From an uncultured Methanoregulaceae archaeon (GTDB lineage Archaea; Halobacteriota; Methanomicrobia; Methanomicrobiales; Methanospirillaceae): 64,000 nt of DNA. The notes under the pieces are model-generated. The model did not search any database, was not told the DNA's origin, and saw nothing but the letters and a program-made list of their open reading frames with translations. Position numbers and translations under genes: made by a program. Positions 32,210-43,466 of this stretch are shown one piece after another. The number at the start of each line of letters is the position of its first letter. The stretch's first letter is position 1. The DNA is taken from the NCBI GenBank assembly GCA_963705255.1, contig OY970061.1:1760001-1824000 (forward strand). The letters are read 5' to 3'.

Positions 32210-33323
32210 GTGCGACAACCCCCTCTGGCCGTGTGCCATGACGGGGGCAGCTGCCTGCCTTGCGGGATTCGAGGGCATGGCAGTTGTCATCCACGGCTCC
32301 AGCGGGTGCTATTATTACCCGACTACCCTCCTCCACGCCCCGCTCCACGGCACATTCATCCTTGAGAATGAGGTGATCTTCGGATCCGAGGACCGGCTCC
32401 AGGAAGTGATACGGGAGCTTGCCTGCACCGGGAAACGGATTGCGGTGATAACGACCTGCGTACCCGCAATTCTCGGGGAGGACATCCGCTCCATGCTTGC
32501 AGGACATGATGTCATTCTCGTGGACAGCCCGGGTTTTTCCGGTGATGTGGAGACCGGGTATGCAAACGCCCTTGCCATGCTGGGACCCCGGGTCGATCCG
32601 GAAGCCCGGGGGGTGAATATTGACGGGGCATGCCTGTTCGACCCGTTCTCCCGGGGGAATGTTCAGGAGATCCTGCGACTGTTTTCCATGGCATCCGTCC
32701 CGGCAGGAACGGTCTTTTGTCAGGACCGTCTGGAAAAGGCAGGTCGCGCTTCGCCGTACACCATTGGAACCAACGACGATTTTTCATCTGGTGTCGGCAG
32801 AAACCTCGGCGGGACTCTGGGATTTGAGGAGATCAGGGTCACATTTACGAATATCGGCGATACAGTTGAAGGAGCGGACATTGACCCCGTCCTGTCGGAA
32901 CTGCAGCAGCAGGAGGAGCGGGTCGTGCGTGCGTGCGACAAGTACCTGCGCAGGTATGATCCGCCGGCTGTTGCAATATTTGCCGGATGTTCCTATGCCC
33001 TGTTTGCCGCAAAGACGCTCGGGCGATACCTGGACGCCGATATCTGCTGTGTCGGTTCCCGCAACCGGGTGGAAGAGGTCCAGTTCCCGGTCGTGCATAC
33101 GGACGGGCTCTCGCAGGTAAAAGAGCTCATCCAGGTCCATGGCCCGGATCTTGTTATCGGGTCCGCATTCGAGCGTGCGGTCAGCGGGGACGTGGCATTC
33201 TGCGGCATTGTCCCCCCCCTCAGGGGGACAGTCCGGTTGTATCCCGCCCCTCTTGCAGGTATCAACGGTACACTCTCATTTATTGAGAATGTCCTGAATG
33301 CGTGCATGGATAAAAAGACCTGA
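32202..33323 (+). CDS. Nitrogenase component-1-like subunit (NifK/N-like, short)
   Basis: PCAMTGA, HGSSGC, EVIFGSE, ITTCVPAILGED. Confidence 0.82.
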   Translation: MPECDNPLWPCAMTGAAACLAGFEGMAVVIHGSSGCYYYPTTLLHAPLHGTFILENEVIFGSEDRLQEVIRELACTGKRIAVITTCVPAILGEDIRSMLAGHDVILVDSPGFSGDVETGYANALAMLGPRVDPEARGVNIDGACLFDPFSRGNVQEILRLFSMASVPAGTVFCQDRLEKAGRASPYTIGTNDDFSSGVGRNLGGTLGFEEIRVTFTNIGDTVEGADIDPVLSELQQQEERVVRACDKYLRRYDPPAVAIFAGCSYALFAAKTLGRYLDADICCVGSRNRVEEVQFPVVHTDGLSQVKELIQVHGPDLVIGSAFERAVSGDVAFCGIVPPLRGTVRLYPAPLAGINGTLSFIENVLNACMDKKT

Positions 33324-33454
33324 CCTGGTTACCGTCTCATCCTGCTGATATTTTCGACAGTGAACTCTTCGGCACATTCACTTTCACCCTGCGCACGGTG
33401 ACAGGATATATACCAATCCTGCCAACGCCAGTATACGACAGAAGGCGGTCGTAT

Positions 33455-33865
33455 ATGATGGAAAAAGCAGGGTATCTCCAGCAGACCCGGTACAGGGCTC
33501 AGGACAGCGAGGGAACAGCGCATGATGTCGTGGAACTGCATATTCTCGGGAACCGGTATGCAATCCGCAGAGCAGATCTCATCAAAGCGGTTTCAGGGCG
33601 GGTATTTGTCCAGGTCGAAGAGCTCTCCCACAACTGGAACTACTATCTCGGGCAGACCCGCGGCCTTGCGCATGTCTCGGCATCGGGCAAAGCCCTGAAC
33701 ATCGAGCTGTTCGAAAACGGGAATTTCACCCTCTCCCTTACCACGCTCCGTGCCGTGGTACATGGAAAGGAACGCTCCGTCGTTATCGTGAAGATACCGG
33801 AGACGCCTGCCATAAAGATACGCCGGATCGTAGACGGCCAGCAGAAGATCAGTGCGGTTGTCTGA
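33455..33865 (+). CDS. Hypothetical protein
   Basis: Open frame with host-like codon usage filling the intergenic space. Confidence 0.55.
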   Translation: MMEKAGYLQQTRYRAQDSEGTAHDVVELHILGNRYAIRRADLIKAVSGRVFVQVEELSHNWNYYLGQTRGLAHVSASGKALNIELFENGNFTLSLTTLRAVVHGKERSVVIVKIPETPAIKIRRIVDGQQKISAVV

Positions 33866-33974
33866 ACCTGAATGCATGTATCGGCAAAGCTGATTTACCC
33901 CTTAATTTCCTTTTTCCGTTCCCGGATTTTTGCATATCGTGCAACATTAATAGTTCCGCAGCAGAAGATCCTAA

Positions 33975-34962
33975 GTGAAGACTGGTCCTCCTTTTAACCG
34001 GCAGGAACGTCGTGGACCGGCACAGGAGAATGCAGGAATACGTATGGAAGATGCGGACACAGTATATCGGGATCTTGTGGAGAACCAGCAGGACCTCCTC
34101 GTCAAGTTCAACCTTGAAGGGCGGCTCCTTCTTGTCAATTCCGCGTACTGTGAGACGATGGGGAAGGACCGGGAGAGTCTGGTCGGCAGCGTTTTCATGC
34201 CAGTCACGGATGAACGATATTCCGACGTGATCGCGACCCAGATGACCCGGCTCTTCCGCCCCCCGTTTGTCTGCGTTGTGGAGCAATGGCTGCAGACACC
34301 AAAAGGGATGCGGTGCATCAGCTGGTCGGCCAAATCTATCCTGGACGGGGAACGGACGGTTATCGCCATCGTCGCGTCCGGGCGGGATATAACACGGCTC
34401 AAGAGCGAACAGAAGGCGATAAAAAAGAAGGACGAGGAGTTGATGCTCGTCCTCGAGAGCGGGAGCAGGATGTACCTATTCCCATACGCCGGACCACGTG
34501 ATGACGTATGTGAGCCCGAGGATCCGTGTCCTTCTCGGGTGTCGCCAGGGTGCCGGTAAACATTCATGGACCGAGTACCTCACCGACAACCCTGTCAATG
34601 CCTCAGGACTCGAACGGACGATCCGGGCAGTCACTTCCGGGAGGCGCGAACCGCCATACCGGCTTGAGATGGCAGTATCTGACGGGAGCAGGATCTGGGT
34701 TGAAGTCGACGAGATCCCGGTCGTGAAAAACGGGAAAACCGTAGCCATTGCGGGTTCCGTGGTCGATGTTACCGATAGGATGCATGTCGAGGAAGGCCAG
34801 GCAGAAGCCGAACTCCTCTTCAAAGGCAGCCGGACAAAACCTGCGGCACCCGGGCGTGCTGGCGAAAAGTCCTCGATAGGATTTTTCAGGTCAATTTTTT
34901 CCAAAGAGGGGAGTGGGGAAGAGGAAGACGGTTTTTCCGGGATACCGGAGAACCTGAAATAA
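33975..34962 (+). CDS. Two-PAS-domain protein (frameshift near 34476)
   Basis: YRDLVENQQD..VNSAYC..GRDIT and YVSP..DGSRIWVE..GSVVDVT PAS/PAC motifs. Confidence 0.75.
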
Positions 34963-35029
34963 CCTGTTTTGAAAAAGCGGGTGAGGAAAATTCCGGGTCC
35001 GCCGGTCCCGGCCTCGCCGGTCTTGGGGT

Positions 35030-35437
35030 TCAATAATCGTCCTCGGGTTTTGAAGTGATGACCTCTTCCACCTCGGGCTGCAGGAGCGAGAGGGCCTCCC
35101 GTACCTTCTTCCGGATCGCGGGGTTCTTATCGTCCTGCATGGTATCGAGGCACGCGATTACCCCGTCACTGATAAGCGCTTCTTCCTCGCCTGACGCCGC
35201 AACGGCGATGATAACCTCAAGGGCAGAAAGGACGATGTGCGGGTTCTTTTCCCTGAGCAGGTTCCTGATGATCTCGATCCCTCCCTGCCGTATCAGCTCG
35301 TTCGACCTCCAGTCTTCGTCCTCCGTGCTCACCGCAAGGGCTTCTATTGCAGCCTCCCTCCCCTTTTTCCCTTTTCCGGAGAGACGGCCGAGAATGTCCT
35401 GCATCAGCTCCCGTTGTATCTGCAGATCTTCTACCAT
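35030..35437 (-). CDS. ARM/HEAT-repeat protein
   Basis: LIRQGGIEIIRNLL, LISDGVIACL armadillo-like repeats. Confidence 0.65.
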   Translation of the reverse strand: MVEDLQIQRELMQDILGRLSGKGKKGREAAIEALAVSTEDEDWRSNELIRQGGIEIIRNLLREKNPHIVLSALEVIIAVAASGEEEALISDGVIACLDTMQDDKNPAIRKKVREALSLLQPEVEEVITSKPEDDY

Positions 35438-35570
35438 CGTTCCTCCCGTCCCTGCCACCAACATCCGTTAAAGGCCGGATCGGATGGATGATACTGCACC
35501 TCATAGGTAAAAAACCCATGGAATAGGGAAGTTAACCGAGTGTGGGAGGGACTCTTCGGATTATGTACCG

Positions 35571-35960
35571 GAGAGGGTATCCCACCCACGTACCGGGAGG
35601 GGTGGGGAGGGGGGTACCCCCCGACCCGGATCCGGCCTGCAATTTGAGTCCTCCGGCGAGAGTTCCACGCGAATCTGAGCTTGGGTGTATGCAAACAAAG
35701 AGGGGTAGCTACCCCTCCCACTGAGGAAGGGGAGGGTAGGATGGGGGGTGGTCCTCAGCAATGAGGGGTAGGGGGGAGGGGTACCCCTCCAGGCAGAGGA
35801 CAGGGGGGGTATTCCCCTCAGCCGAGGAGGGATCGGTATTCATCTCCCCCTTTTTTCCGGGCCGGCCAAAGTATCTTTTACCGTCGGAGTTTCCATGAGA
35901 AGCACAGGTTCAGAACATGCGGCAGAGGAGGGGTAGCTACCCCCCCTACCCCTCCATGAG
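35571..35960. repeat. Array of G-rich palindromes GGGG-TA(GCTA)-CCCC
   Basis: GGGGGGTACCCCCC 35609-35622; GAGGGGTAGCTACCCCTC 35700-35717; GGAGGGGTACCCCTCC 35775-35790; further variants near 35803 and 35927. Confidence 0.7.
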
Positions 35961-36149
35961 CTGGAGGGGTGGGGGTATGCCCATGGCAATGAACAGGTGG
36001 GAGAGGGGGGGTCCAATACTCCAAAAAGTGATGAACGCCGCCGCCCCCGGCGGGGCGCCCCCGCGGCGGATCGATTATCCTTTTTGCAGACCAATGTAAG
36101 CATTAAAGAGATTCATTGAAATATCCGTTATGCATTCAATGAAATAATT

Positions 36150-36896
36150 ATGGACTTCAATTTCCAACGAAAACGAATAGATACAATACCTGAAGATAAA
36201 AAATTAGAAGAACTTGAAAAAGCTGCAAAACATTTTAATTATATTGAATTTTCATGGAGAGATTTTAACAAAGTTTCAACAATCAGTGCGAGCGCGATAA
36301 AGACGCATTTTGGTAGTTGGAAAAACGCACTTGCAGCATTAAAAAAACATCTTCGACAAAAAGGATTAGACTTATCTCCACGTCCTTATGCTCCACAACG
36401 GATTTATTCCGACAAAGACCTGTTTGAGGAGATGGAAAGGATATGGCAACACGTAGGTCAACGGCCATCCAGAACTGAATGGGAAACATCAAAACCAAAA
36501 ATTAGTGTAGGTGCTTATAAAAAGCGCTTTGGTAGCTGGACAAACGCATGTCAAAAATTTATTGAATATAAAACGGGGGGAGAAATTTCATCCGACAATT
36601 TTGTCCGGTTCGAAGGAGAGGAATTTCCCGTTCGTGAGAAAAATGGTAAGGGTGGATACTCAAAAGAGAATTCTAGAAATGTCTCAGTTAGCTTGAGACT
36701 GAAGGTACTGAACCGAGATAATTTTAAGTGCGTATTTTGTGGAAAAAGTCCTGCGACGGATTTTGGAACAAAATTGCATTTAGATCATATTGTCCCGTTC
36801 TCCAAAGGTGGAAAAAGCACCTTGGGAAATCTTCAAACTCTTTGTGAGGAATGCAATCTGGGTAAAAGTGATTCACAAATTGAAAATAAAAAATAG
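36150..36896 (+). CDS. HNH endonuclease with two homing-endonuclease-associated repeats
   Basis: Two ..HFGSW/RFGSW repeats; CVFCG..LDHIVPFSKGG..NLQTLCEECNLGK; visibly AT-rich. Confidence 0.85.
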   Translation: MDFNFQRKRIDTIPEDKKLEELEKAAKHFNYIEFSWRDFNKVSTISASAIKTHFGSWKNALAALKKHLRQKGLDLSPRPYAPQRIYSDKDLFEEMERIWQHVGQRPSRTEWETSKPKISVGAYKKRFGSWTNACQKFIEYKTGGEISSDNFVRFEGEEFPVREKNGKGGYSKENSRNVSVSLRLKVLNRDNFKCVFCGKSPATDFGTKLHLDHIVPFSKGGKSTLGNLQTLCEECNLGKSDSQIENKK

Positions 36897-37026
36897 GGGA
36901 AAAAATTCAATTTGTGTCCTATTAAACTCCCTCACCCAGCGAGGCCCCGACGAGGCGGCCGAGCGACCCCTATCAGGGGGTGGGGAACCTCGCAATTATT
37001 CAAACAAAAAATAAATTCTTTCCTGT

Positions 37027-38145
37027 TTACTTCCCCGTCTTCACGCACTCAGCAATATAACTGCCAGCCTTCGTCGTCCGTGCCGAGCCGCCCAGGTCCT
37101 TTGTCACCACGCCGTCCCTGATACTCTGCTCGATGGCGCTGATGACTGCCGCTGCCGCCCTGTGCTCCCCGATATGATCGAGCAGCAGCGACCCTGCCCA
37201 GATGGTGGCGATGGGGTTTGCCACGCCCAAGTCCTTGTACTTGGGTGCCGAGCCGTGGATTGGTTCGAACATGGAGGTGCCCTTCGGGTTGATGTTGCCG
37301 CCCGGTGCAAGCCCGAGCCCGCCCTGGATCATGGCGCCGAGGTCGGTGATGATGTCCCCGAACATGTTCGGCGTGACCACGACATCGAACCACTCCGGGT
37401 TCTTGACAAACCACATGGTGATGGCGTCCACGAAGGTGAACTCGGTCGTGACATCCGGGTAGGACTTCGCTGTCTCGGTGAATACATCCCGCCAGAGCCC
37501 GTACACTTCAGAGAGGACGTTTGCCTTGTCGACTGACGTAAGTTTCTTTTTCCGCTGCATGGCAAGTTCGAACGCATAGGTCTGGACCCGGCGTGCCCCT
37601 TCGCGGGTGATGACCCCGATCTGGTAGGCTATCTCTTCCGCATCGCTCGTGACATCAAGGCCGAACTTCACACGGTAGAGATCGCGGATAACCTCCAGTT
37701 CCTTCTTCTCGTGGTTCCTGAACCGGGACCCGATGCCTACGTAGAAGTCCTCGGTGTTCTCCCTCACTACGACAAAGTCGATATCATGCGGTGTCTTGCC
37801 TGCGAGCGGGGTTTCCACTCCGTGCAGGAGTCTGATTGGGCGGAGGTTGACGTACATGTCGAAGTGGAAGCGGAGCGCGAGGAGGATCCCTTTCTCAAGG
37901 ATGCCCGGCTTCACCCGCTCGTCCCCGATGGCACCGAAGTAGATCGTCTTGAACATCGAGAGTTCCTTCAGTTCTTCCTCGGTAATGAGTTTCCCTGAAT
38001 GGACGTAGCGGTCTGCCCCGATATCGAAATCCGTCCACTGGATATCGAAGTTGAACTTCTCCCCTGCCGCTTCCAGCACCTTCTTTCCCTCGGCCACGAT
38101 CTCCGGGCCGATCCCGTCCCCGCTTATCACCGCGATTTTGTGCAT
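37027..38145 (-). CDS. leuB: 3-isopropylmalate/isocitrate-family dehydrogenase
   Basis: [34 protein letters not shown]. Confidence 0.8.
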   Translation of the reverse strand: MHKIAVISGDGIGPEIVAEGKKVLEAAGEKFNFDIQWTDFDIGADRYVHSGKLITEEELKELSMFKTIYFGAIGDERVKPGILEKGILLALRFHFDMYVNLRPIRLLHGVETPLAGKTPHDIDFVVVRENTEDFYVGIGSRFRNHEKKELEVIRDLYRVKFGLDVTSDAEEIAYQIGVITREGARRVQTYAFELAMQRKKKLTSVDKANVLSEVYGLWRDVFTETAKSYPDVTTEFTFVDAITMWFVKNPEWFDVVVTPNMFGDIITDLGAMIQGGLGLAPGGNINPKGTSMFEPIHGSAPKYKDLGVANPIATIWAGSLLLDHIGEHRAAAAVISAIEQSIRDGVVTKDLGGSARTTKAGSYIAECVKTGK

Positions 38146-38693
38146 ACCGGTACCTCCTTCAATGACCTGGCATACTCCACGAGCCCGCCGGCATCGATGA
38201 TGCCCTGCATGAACTCAGGCACGGGCTCGATCCCGTATCTCTCCCCGTCCGCTTCAAGATAACCTTCCCGGATCTTCAGGGTGACGTTCGCCCCGTCGGG
38301 GATTTCGTCCGCTTCCGGGCAGACGACCGGGAGCACGCCGACGTTGATCGAGTTCCGGAAGAAGATCCGGGCAAAAGACCGTGCCACCACGACCTTCACC
38401 CCGGCCCCCATCAGGGCGAGCGGGGCATGTTCGCGGGAGGACCCGCACCCGAAGTTCCGCCCCCCGACAATGACATCCCCTTCCTTCACCTTCTTTGCAA
38501 ACTCGTCGCGGGTGCCTTCAAAAGCGTGCTTTGCGAGCTCGTCCGGGTTATTGAGGGTCAGGAACCGCCCCGGAATGATCGCATCCGTATCGATGTTGTC
38601 TCCGAACTTCCACGCCCTCATATTCGTGGTGGCCTGTGGCGCTCTGACGACAACGCTCTTGACCGGTGCAGACTTACGGGCCGCCATCATCAC
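38127..38693 (-). CDS. leuD: 3-isopropylmalate dehydratase/homoaconitase small subunit
   Basis: [27 protein letters not shown]; alternative start at 38621. Confidence 0.8.
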   Translation of the reverse strand: MMMAARKSAPVKSVVVRAPQATTNMRAWKFGDNIDTDAIIPGRFLTLNNPDELAKHAFEGTRDEFAKKVKEGDVIVGGRNFGCGSSREHAPLALMGAGVKVVVARSFARIFFRNSINVGVLPVVCPEADEIPDGANVTLKIREGYLEADGERYGIEPVPEFMQGIIDAGGLVEYARSLKEVPVCTKSR

Positions 38694-39940
38694 ACCTCCC
38701 TCGGATCGGTGATCTCGCCTTTCATGGCGCTCGCAGCCGCCGTTGCCGGTGAGCAGAGGTAGACCTTTCCTTCGGTACTCCCTTGGCGCCCCCTGAAGTT
38801 CCGGTTCGAGGTCGAGAGCGAGACCTCGCCGGGCGCGAGGAGGCCGAACGCCCCGCCCATGCAGGGCCCGCAGCAGGGCGCCTCGACAAGACCTCCCGCC
38901 TTCACGAACCTCTCGACAAGGCCCGCCCTGAGGGTTTTGAGGTACTCGTCCCGGGACGCCGGGATGATGATGACCCGGACCTTCGGGCTGAACTTCTTCT
39001 TCCCGAGCACGTCCGCTGCCTCTGCAAGGTCCTCGAACCGCCCGTTCGTGCAGGACCCGATGAAGACCTGGTCTACGTGCGTTCCCGCCACCTTGCTGAC
39101 CGGCACACCCGTATCGACATTATGGGGGACAGCTACCTGCGGCTCAAGACCGGAGACGCTGTAGGACCGGGTCTCCGCAAACTTCGCGTCCGGGTCGCTA
39201 TCCAGCTCAAAGGGCTTCATCTTCCGCCGCCCTTTCATGTACTCCCACGTCACTGTATCCGGTGCCACGATCCCTGCCTTTGCGCCCATCTCGATCGCCA
39301 TGTTGCAGAGGGTCATTCTGCCTGCCATGTCCAGCTTCGAGATGGTTTTGCCGGTGAACTGGATTGCCTTGTAGGTCGCCCCGTCGGCACCGATGTCGGC
39401 CGCGATCGAGAGGATCAGGTCCTTTGCCCCGACCCGTTTCTGGAATTTCCCGGTCACTTCAGCCCGGATGGTCGCGGGCACCCTGAAGTACAGCGCCCCG
39501 AACTTCAGCGCGAACCCCATGTCGGTCGATCCGATACCGGTTGCAAAAGCCCCGGTTGCACCGTACATGCAGGTGTGGGAGTCCGCACCCACAACGATCT
39601 CGCCCGGCGCAGCCCGCCCTTTCTCCATGGTCACCTGGTGGCAGACACCCTCGTTGATATCGTAATTGAGGATATCCTGCTCGGCAGCAAATTTCCGCAT
39701 GTAGACATGGTTGTTCGCCGCTTCGATCGAGTCCGCAGGTATCTGGTGGTCAAAAAGCATGATGACGCGCCCGGGGTCGAACACCGTGGAACCCCCCATC
39801 TCGTAGAACTTCTGGATGGCAAGCGGGCCGGTTATGTCGTGGATCATCGCCCCGTCAAGAGGGGCCATGACCACTTCGCCTGCCCTGATCTCGCTGCCAC
39901 ACTTTTTTGAGAATATCTTCTCTACGATTGTCGCTGCCAT
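38690..39940 (-). CDS. leuC: 3-isopropylmalate dehydratase/homoaconitase large subunit
   Basis: [31 protein letters not shown]. Confidence 0.8.
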   Translation of the reverse strand: MAATIVEKIFSKKCGSEIRAGEVVMAPLDGAMIHDITGPLAIQKFYEMGGSTVFDPGRVIMLFDHQIPADSIEAANNHVYMRKFAAEQDILNYDINEGVCHQVTMEKGRAAPGEIVVGADSHTCMYGATGAFATGIGSTDMGFALKFGALYFRVPATIRAEVTGKFQKRVGAKDLILSIAADIGADGATYKAIQFTGKTISKLDMAGRMTLCNMAIEMGAKAGIVAPDTVTWEYMKGRRKMKPFELDSDPDAKFAETRSYSVSGLEPQVAVPHNVDTGVPVSKVAGTHVDQVFIGSCTNGRFEDLAEAADVLGKKKFSPKVRVIIIPASRDEYLKTLRAGLVERFVKAGGLVEAPCCGPCMGGAFGLLAPGEVSLSTSNRNFRGRQGSTEGKVYLCSPATAAASAMKGEITDPREV

Positions 39941-39998
39941 ACTCTGGTCGCCAGTAGTATTGACACTCAGCCGTCTTGTAGTTTCCCGATGCCGAACC

Positions 39999-40067
39999 CG
40001 AAGTGGTGAGGCAGGAGAAGAACCTTCAGGTTCTTCGACTTGCCGATTCCAGCTGAGCCACACTTCG
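39999..40067. repeat. Nested hairpin element
   Basis: CGAAGTG..GGCAGG-A-GAAGAACC-TTCA-GGTTCTTC-GA-CTTGCC..CACTTCG. Confidence 0.6.
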
Positions 40068-40157
40068 TACCGCTCCTGCCCATCACGGATAACTGCGACC
40101 GTTTTCGCAGTCAAAGCAATCTTTAACCCCCTCTATGGTCAAGATCATGCGATTACC

Positions 40158-40889
40158 ATGATGCGAAGACTCATTCTTGTATCAGCCATCCTCGTCCTTG
40201 CGACTATGGCTCTGGCCGGCGGTGTGGCCGCAGCAGGTTCCGATACCGTCAGCGAAAAACTGATCCATGCCGACGGGAGCGGGACCGTGACCGGAACGCC
40301 CGACCGTGTCCAGATCTCATTTGCCGTGGAAACCGAGAACCCGGATGTGAAGACGGCCCAGTCAGGCAATGCGGCACAGATGACCCAGGTCATCAATGCG
40401 CTGGCCGGCGCCGGGGTCCCACGGGATTCCATGAAGACAACCGGGTATTCCATCTACCCGGAATACCAGGACTCAACCATCCTCAACCCGGTAATAAAGA
40501 CCTACCATGTGACCAACACGCTGCTGGTGACTCTGGATGACGTGAGCCAGGCAGGAGACGTGATCGACCTTGCCGTTGCAAACGGAGCCAACCAGGTAAA
40601 CTCGATCCAGTTCATGCTCTCGGACGCGCAGGCCCAGGCGCTCAGGAGCACTGCCCTGAAAAATGCCGTTTCCAATGCGCGGGCGGACGCGGGCACTGTT
40701 GCAGATGCCATGGGCGTCAATATCAGCGGGACCCGGGATGTTGTCATCACCCAGGGCTACACACCGGTAGTCTACAACTCTTACTCGGTCGAGACCATGG
40801 GGGCAGCAAAGTCCGCGGTCCCGACCCCCGTGCAACCGGGAGAGGTCACGGTCACTGCAGATGTATCGATTGACTACTCCTACCAGTAA
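40158..40889 (+). CDS. SIMPL (DUF541) domain secreted protein
   Basis: Signal peptide; G.GTV...PD, GANQVNSIQF, PVQPGE. Confidence 0.85.
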   Translation: MMRRLILVSAILVLATMALAGGVAAAGSDTVSEKLIHADGSGTVTGTPDRVQISFAVETENPDVKTAQSGNAAQMTQVINALAGAGVPRDSMKTTGYSIYPEYQDSTILNPVIKTYHVTNTLLVTLDDVSQAGDVIDLAVANGANQVNSIQFMLSDAQAQALRSTALKNAVSNARADAGTVADAMGVNISGTRDVVITQGYTPVVYNSYSVETMGAAKSAVPTPVQPGEVTVTADVSIDYSYQ

Positions 40890-41085
40890 TTCACAGGATC
40901 CCTTCACAACTTTTTTACATAAGCAGCGTGTGATTATTCCTTACATCACCAGTAGCAGCAACCGGCTCTTCCGGGCCGGCAATCAACCGTGAAAAACGCG
41001 GGTGAATCTCTGGAGACCTCCCCGCATTTTCAGATCAAACTTCGAATATCCCAAAACCTGCGGATACAATAGGACTGATTTTCAT

Positions 41086-41529
41086 ATGGAGCGCAATATC
41101 GGCTTTAAAGAGCGAAGGTATATTGAAGAATTACGGATCCTGACCAAAGCAACAGCACTTGACTGCGTAATTGATGACCGGTTCGACCGGGTGATCTACG
41201 TGATCCGCCCGGGGGACATGGGCCTTGCAATTGGCAAAAAAGGCGAGAATATCAGGCGCCTCCAGAACGTGCTCGGGAAACGGATCGAGATGGTCGAGTA
41301 TGCAGAAACGCCGGATACATTCATAGCCAACATCTTCAAACCCGCGGAGGTCATTAAGACCGAACAGGGCGAAGGGAACGCGCCGGTCAATGTATTTGTC
41401 CGGCAGAGGAGTGATCTTGGCATTGCCATCGGGAAGGCCGGCTGCAACATCGAAAAGGCCCGCATCCTGTGCCGCCGGTTTTTCGGTCTCGAGATCGGGG
41501 AAGTCCTGCTCCCTGCGGAGGCAGCATGA
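41086..41529 (+). CDS. nusA: Archaeal NusA-like factor
   Basis: Two KH domains with GLAIGKKG and GIAIGKAG. Confidence 0.88.
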   Translation: MERNIGFKERRYIEELRILTKATALDCVIDDRFDRVIYVIRPGDMGLAIGKKGENIRRLQNVLGKRIEMVEYAETPDTFIANIFKPAEVIKTEQGEGNAPVNVFVRQRSDLGIAIGKAGCNIEKARILCRRFFGLEIGEVLLPAEAA

Positions 41530-41828
41530 AAGAACCCGCCGATACCCGTATCCTTGCAGAGATCTGGGAAGTGATTGGGGAACGTGCACAGAATCCCCGT
41601 CCCGATTCGTATACGACCCGGCTCCTCACGGATGAAAAAGGGATTGACAAGGTACTGGAGAAAGTGGGCGAAGAATCGACCGAGTTCATCCTTGCGGTAA
41701 AAAACGGCGTGGACGAACGCACGGTCGAGGAAGCTGCAGATCTCCTTTTCCACCTGCTTGTCGCCCTCAGAGCTGCCGGCCTCGAACTCTCCGATGTAAT
41801 GCAGGAACTCGAGCACCGGAAAAAATAA
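41526..41828 (+). CDS. hisE: Phosphoribosyl-ATP pyrophosphatase
   Basis: SYTTRLL..KVGEE..EAADLLFH. Confidence 0.92.
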   Translation: MKEPADTRILAEIWEVIGERAQNPRPDSYTTRLLTDEKGIDKVLEKVGEESTEFILAVKNGVDERTVEEAADLLFHLLVALRAAGLELSDVMQELEHRKK

Positions 41829-41834
41829 TTTTTC

Positions 41835-42287
41835 CTATTTCCGGAGGAATTCAGCGAGCCCGACCAGCTGGGGAAGATCTTCGGATTTCTGCCCCGCCGA
41901 TTCCAGCACGCACTCTTCGACGAAGATGGGGACATCCGCGCGGAGGGCGATCGCGATCCCGTCGCTCGGGCGGCAGTCGATATATTCCTCGTGGTTATTG
42001 GTCACGAGCACGAGCTGGGCATAGTAGACCCCGTCCTCGATACTGTCGATCTGCAGGAACCGCAATGCGATGGAGAATTTTTCACACAGGTCGAGGAAGA
42101 GGTCATGGGTGAACGGCCTTGGCAGGACCTCCCTGTTCCGGGCGCTGTTGATGGAGATTGCCTCCCAGATGCCGATAAAGATCGGCAGGACACGGTCGCT
42201 GCCGTCCGAGAGTACGACAAGGGGGACTGTTGCCGAATCGCTGACTGCGACAAATACTCCTCTGACCTCGCACCGGATCTGCGCCAT
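41835..42287 (-). CDS. Bifunctional nuclease (DUF151) family protein
   Basis: LPIFIG..EA..I, RPFTHDL, DCRPSDGIAIAL. Confidence 0.88.
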   Translation of the reverse strand: MAQIRCEVRGVFVAVSDSATVPLVVLSDGSDRVLPIFIGIWEAISINSARNREVLPRPFTHDLFLDLCEKFSIALRFLQIDSIEDGVYYAQLVLVTNNHEEYIDCRPSDGIAIALRADVPIFVEECVLESAGQKSEDLPQLVGLAEFLRK

Positions 42288-42344
42288 GCCGTGGAGAGTG
42301 ATTGCCTTTATCGAAGATAAGAGTTCGGTATCTCCCCGGCAGGC

Positions 42345-43372
42345 TTATTCACCGGCTTTTGCCTCCCTGCGGACGATGATGATGCTGGAGAGGATGCCAA
42401 GCGCGATATTGAAATAATAGAGTACTATCCGCCAGATAACAACGAATATCCCGACGATGGATGCGGGTATGAAGAGGGCGTACATCGATGTCGCGCCCAC
42501 CTCCGCAATGCCGGAACTTCCCGGTGTCAGCGGGATCATCATCAGGATAGCGAGGATCAGCTGGATCACGAACGACTCGAAAATGAGCGGGGGCTGTCCA
42601 AGCCCGACGAGGATGAGGGATGCGGTGATGATCTCCGAGACCCAGTAGAGGAGGGTGAAGAGCATCCCCCATAAAAGCCCGCTTTTGGCGGTCCTCACGA
42701 ACCGGATGACCGCCTCGTTGAAATTGTCGATCTCCTTGTCCGCCCTTTCCAACAGTTCCTCCACCTTGTCCCTGTCCCATTTCTTTGTCAGAAAGCGGGC
42801 ACTGCGGTTCACGACTCTCTTGACAACATCCGGGCGCCGGACTGCAAGGTAGAAGAGGAACAGGCACCCGGCAACAAAGATCCAGGTGACATAGACCATC
42901 ACCGTCGAAATTGCCCCGAGGCTGTTCCACTGTTCCGTCAGCACGATCATGGCAAACGCGGCAAGGGCTGCAAGCGCGATACCGTCAAGAACCCGTTCCA
43001 TGATCACGACCGCTGTCGCGTCGCCGATCGGGACATTTGCCTTGTACAGCTCATGGATCCGTACCGGTTCCCCCCAGCCTGGGCCGGCGTGACCGCCGCG
43101 GCGAGCAGGTTTGCAAAGACAAGGTTCAGGCTGTAAAAAAACCCTATATGATACCCAAGGGAACCGGACATCTTCTTGACCCGCATTGCCCAGAAGCACA
43201 TGGTCAGGATGTGGGTAAGAAAAGCAAGGAGGAGAAACAACGGGTTGATCTCCCGGAGGTAATGGAGGGTGTTCTGGTTGATGGTAAGATACAGGATTAC
43301 CACGAGGACGAGGAGGGAGAAACCGACAGAAACATAGAGCCATCTCCGCTGCGATTTTTCCATTGGTTTCAC
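42345..43372 (-). CDS. UPF0104 / LPG-synthase TM (flippase-like) protein (frameshift near 43070)
   Basis: VTPAQAGGEP.R, ERVLD, PLTPGSSGIAE, WR. Confidence 0.82.
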
Positions 43373-43466
43373 CCCGTAAATGAGAGCTTGCAGCCCGTCA
43401 ATGCCGGTTATCTTTGGAAGTTATTGTGCATAGTATTAACGCTTTTATGGAAAAAGGTGCCGGGGG

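Noticed and set aside
30393-33323. True nitrogenase nifHDK
   Set aside because: Subunits are too short, the FeMo-co ligands are not evident, and no nifENB or nifI genes are adjacent
35571-35960. CRISPR array
   Set aside because: Repeats vary in sequence and length, spacing is irregular, and no cas genes are present
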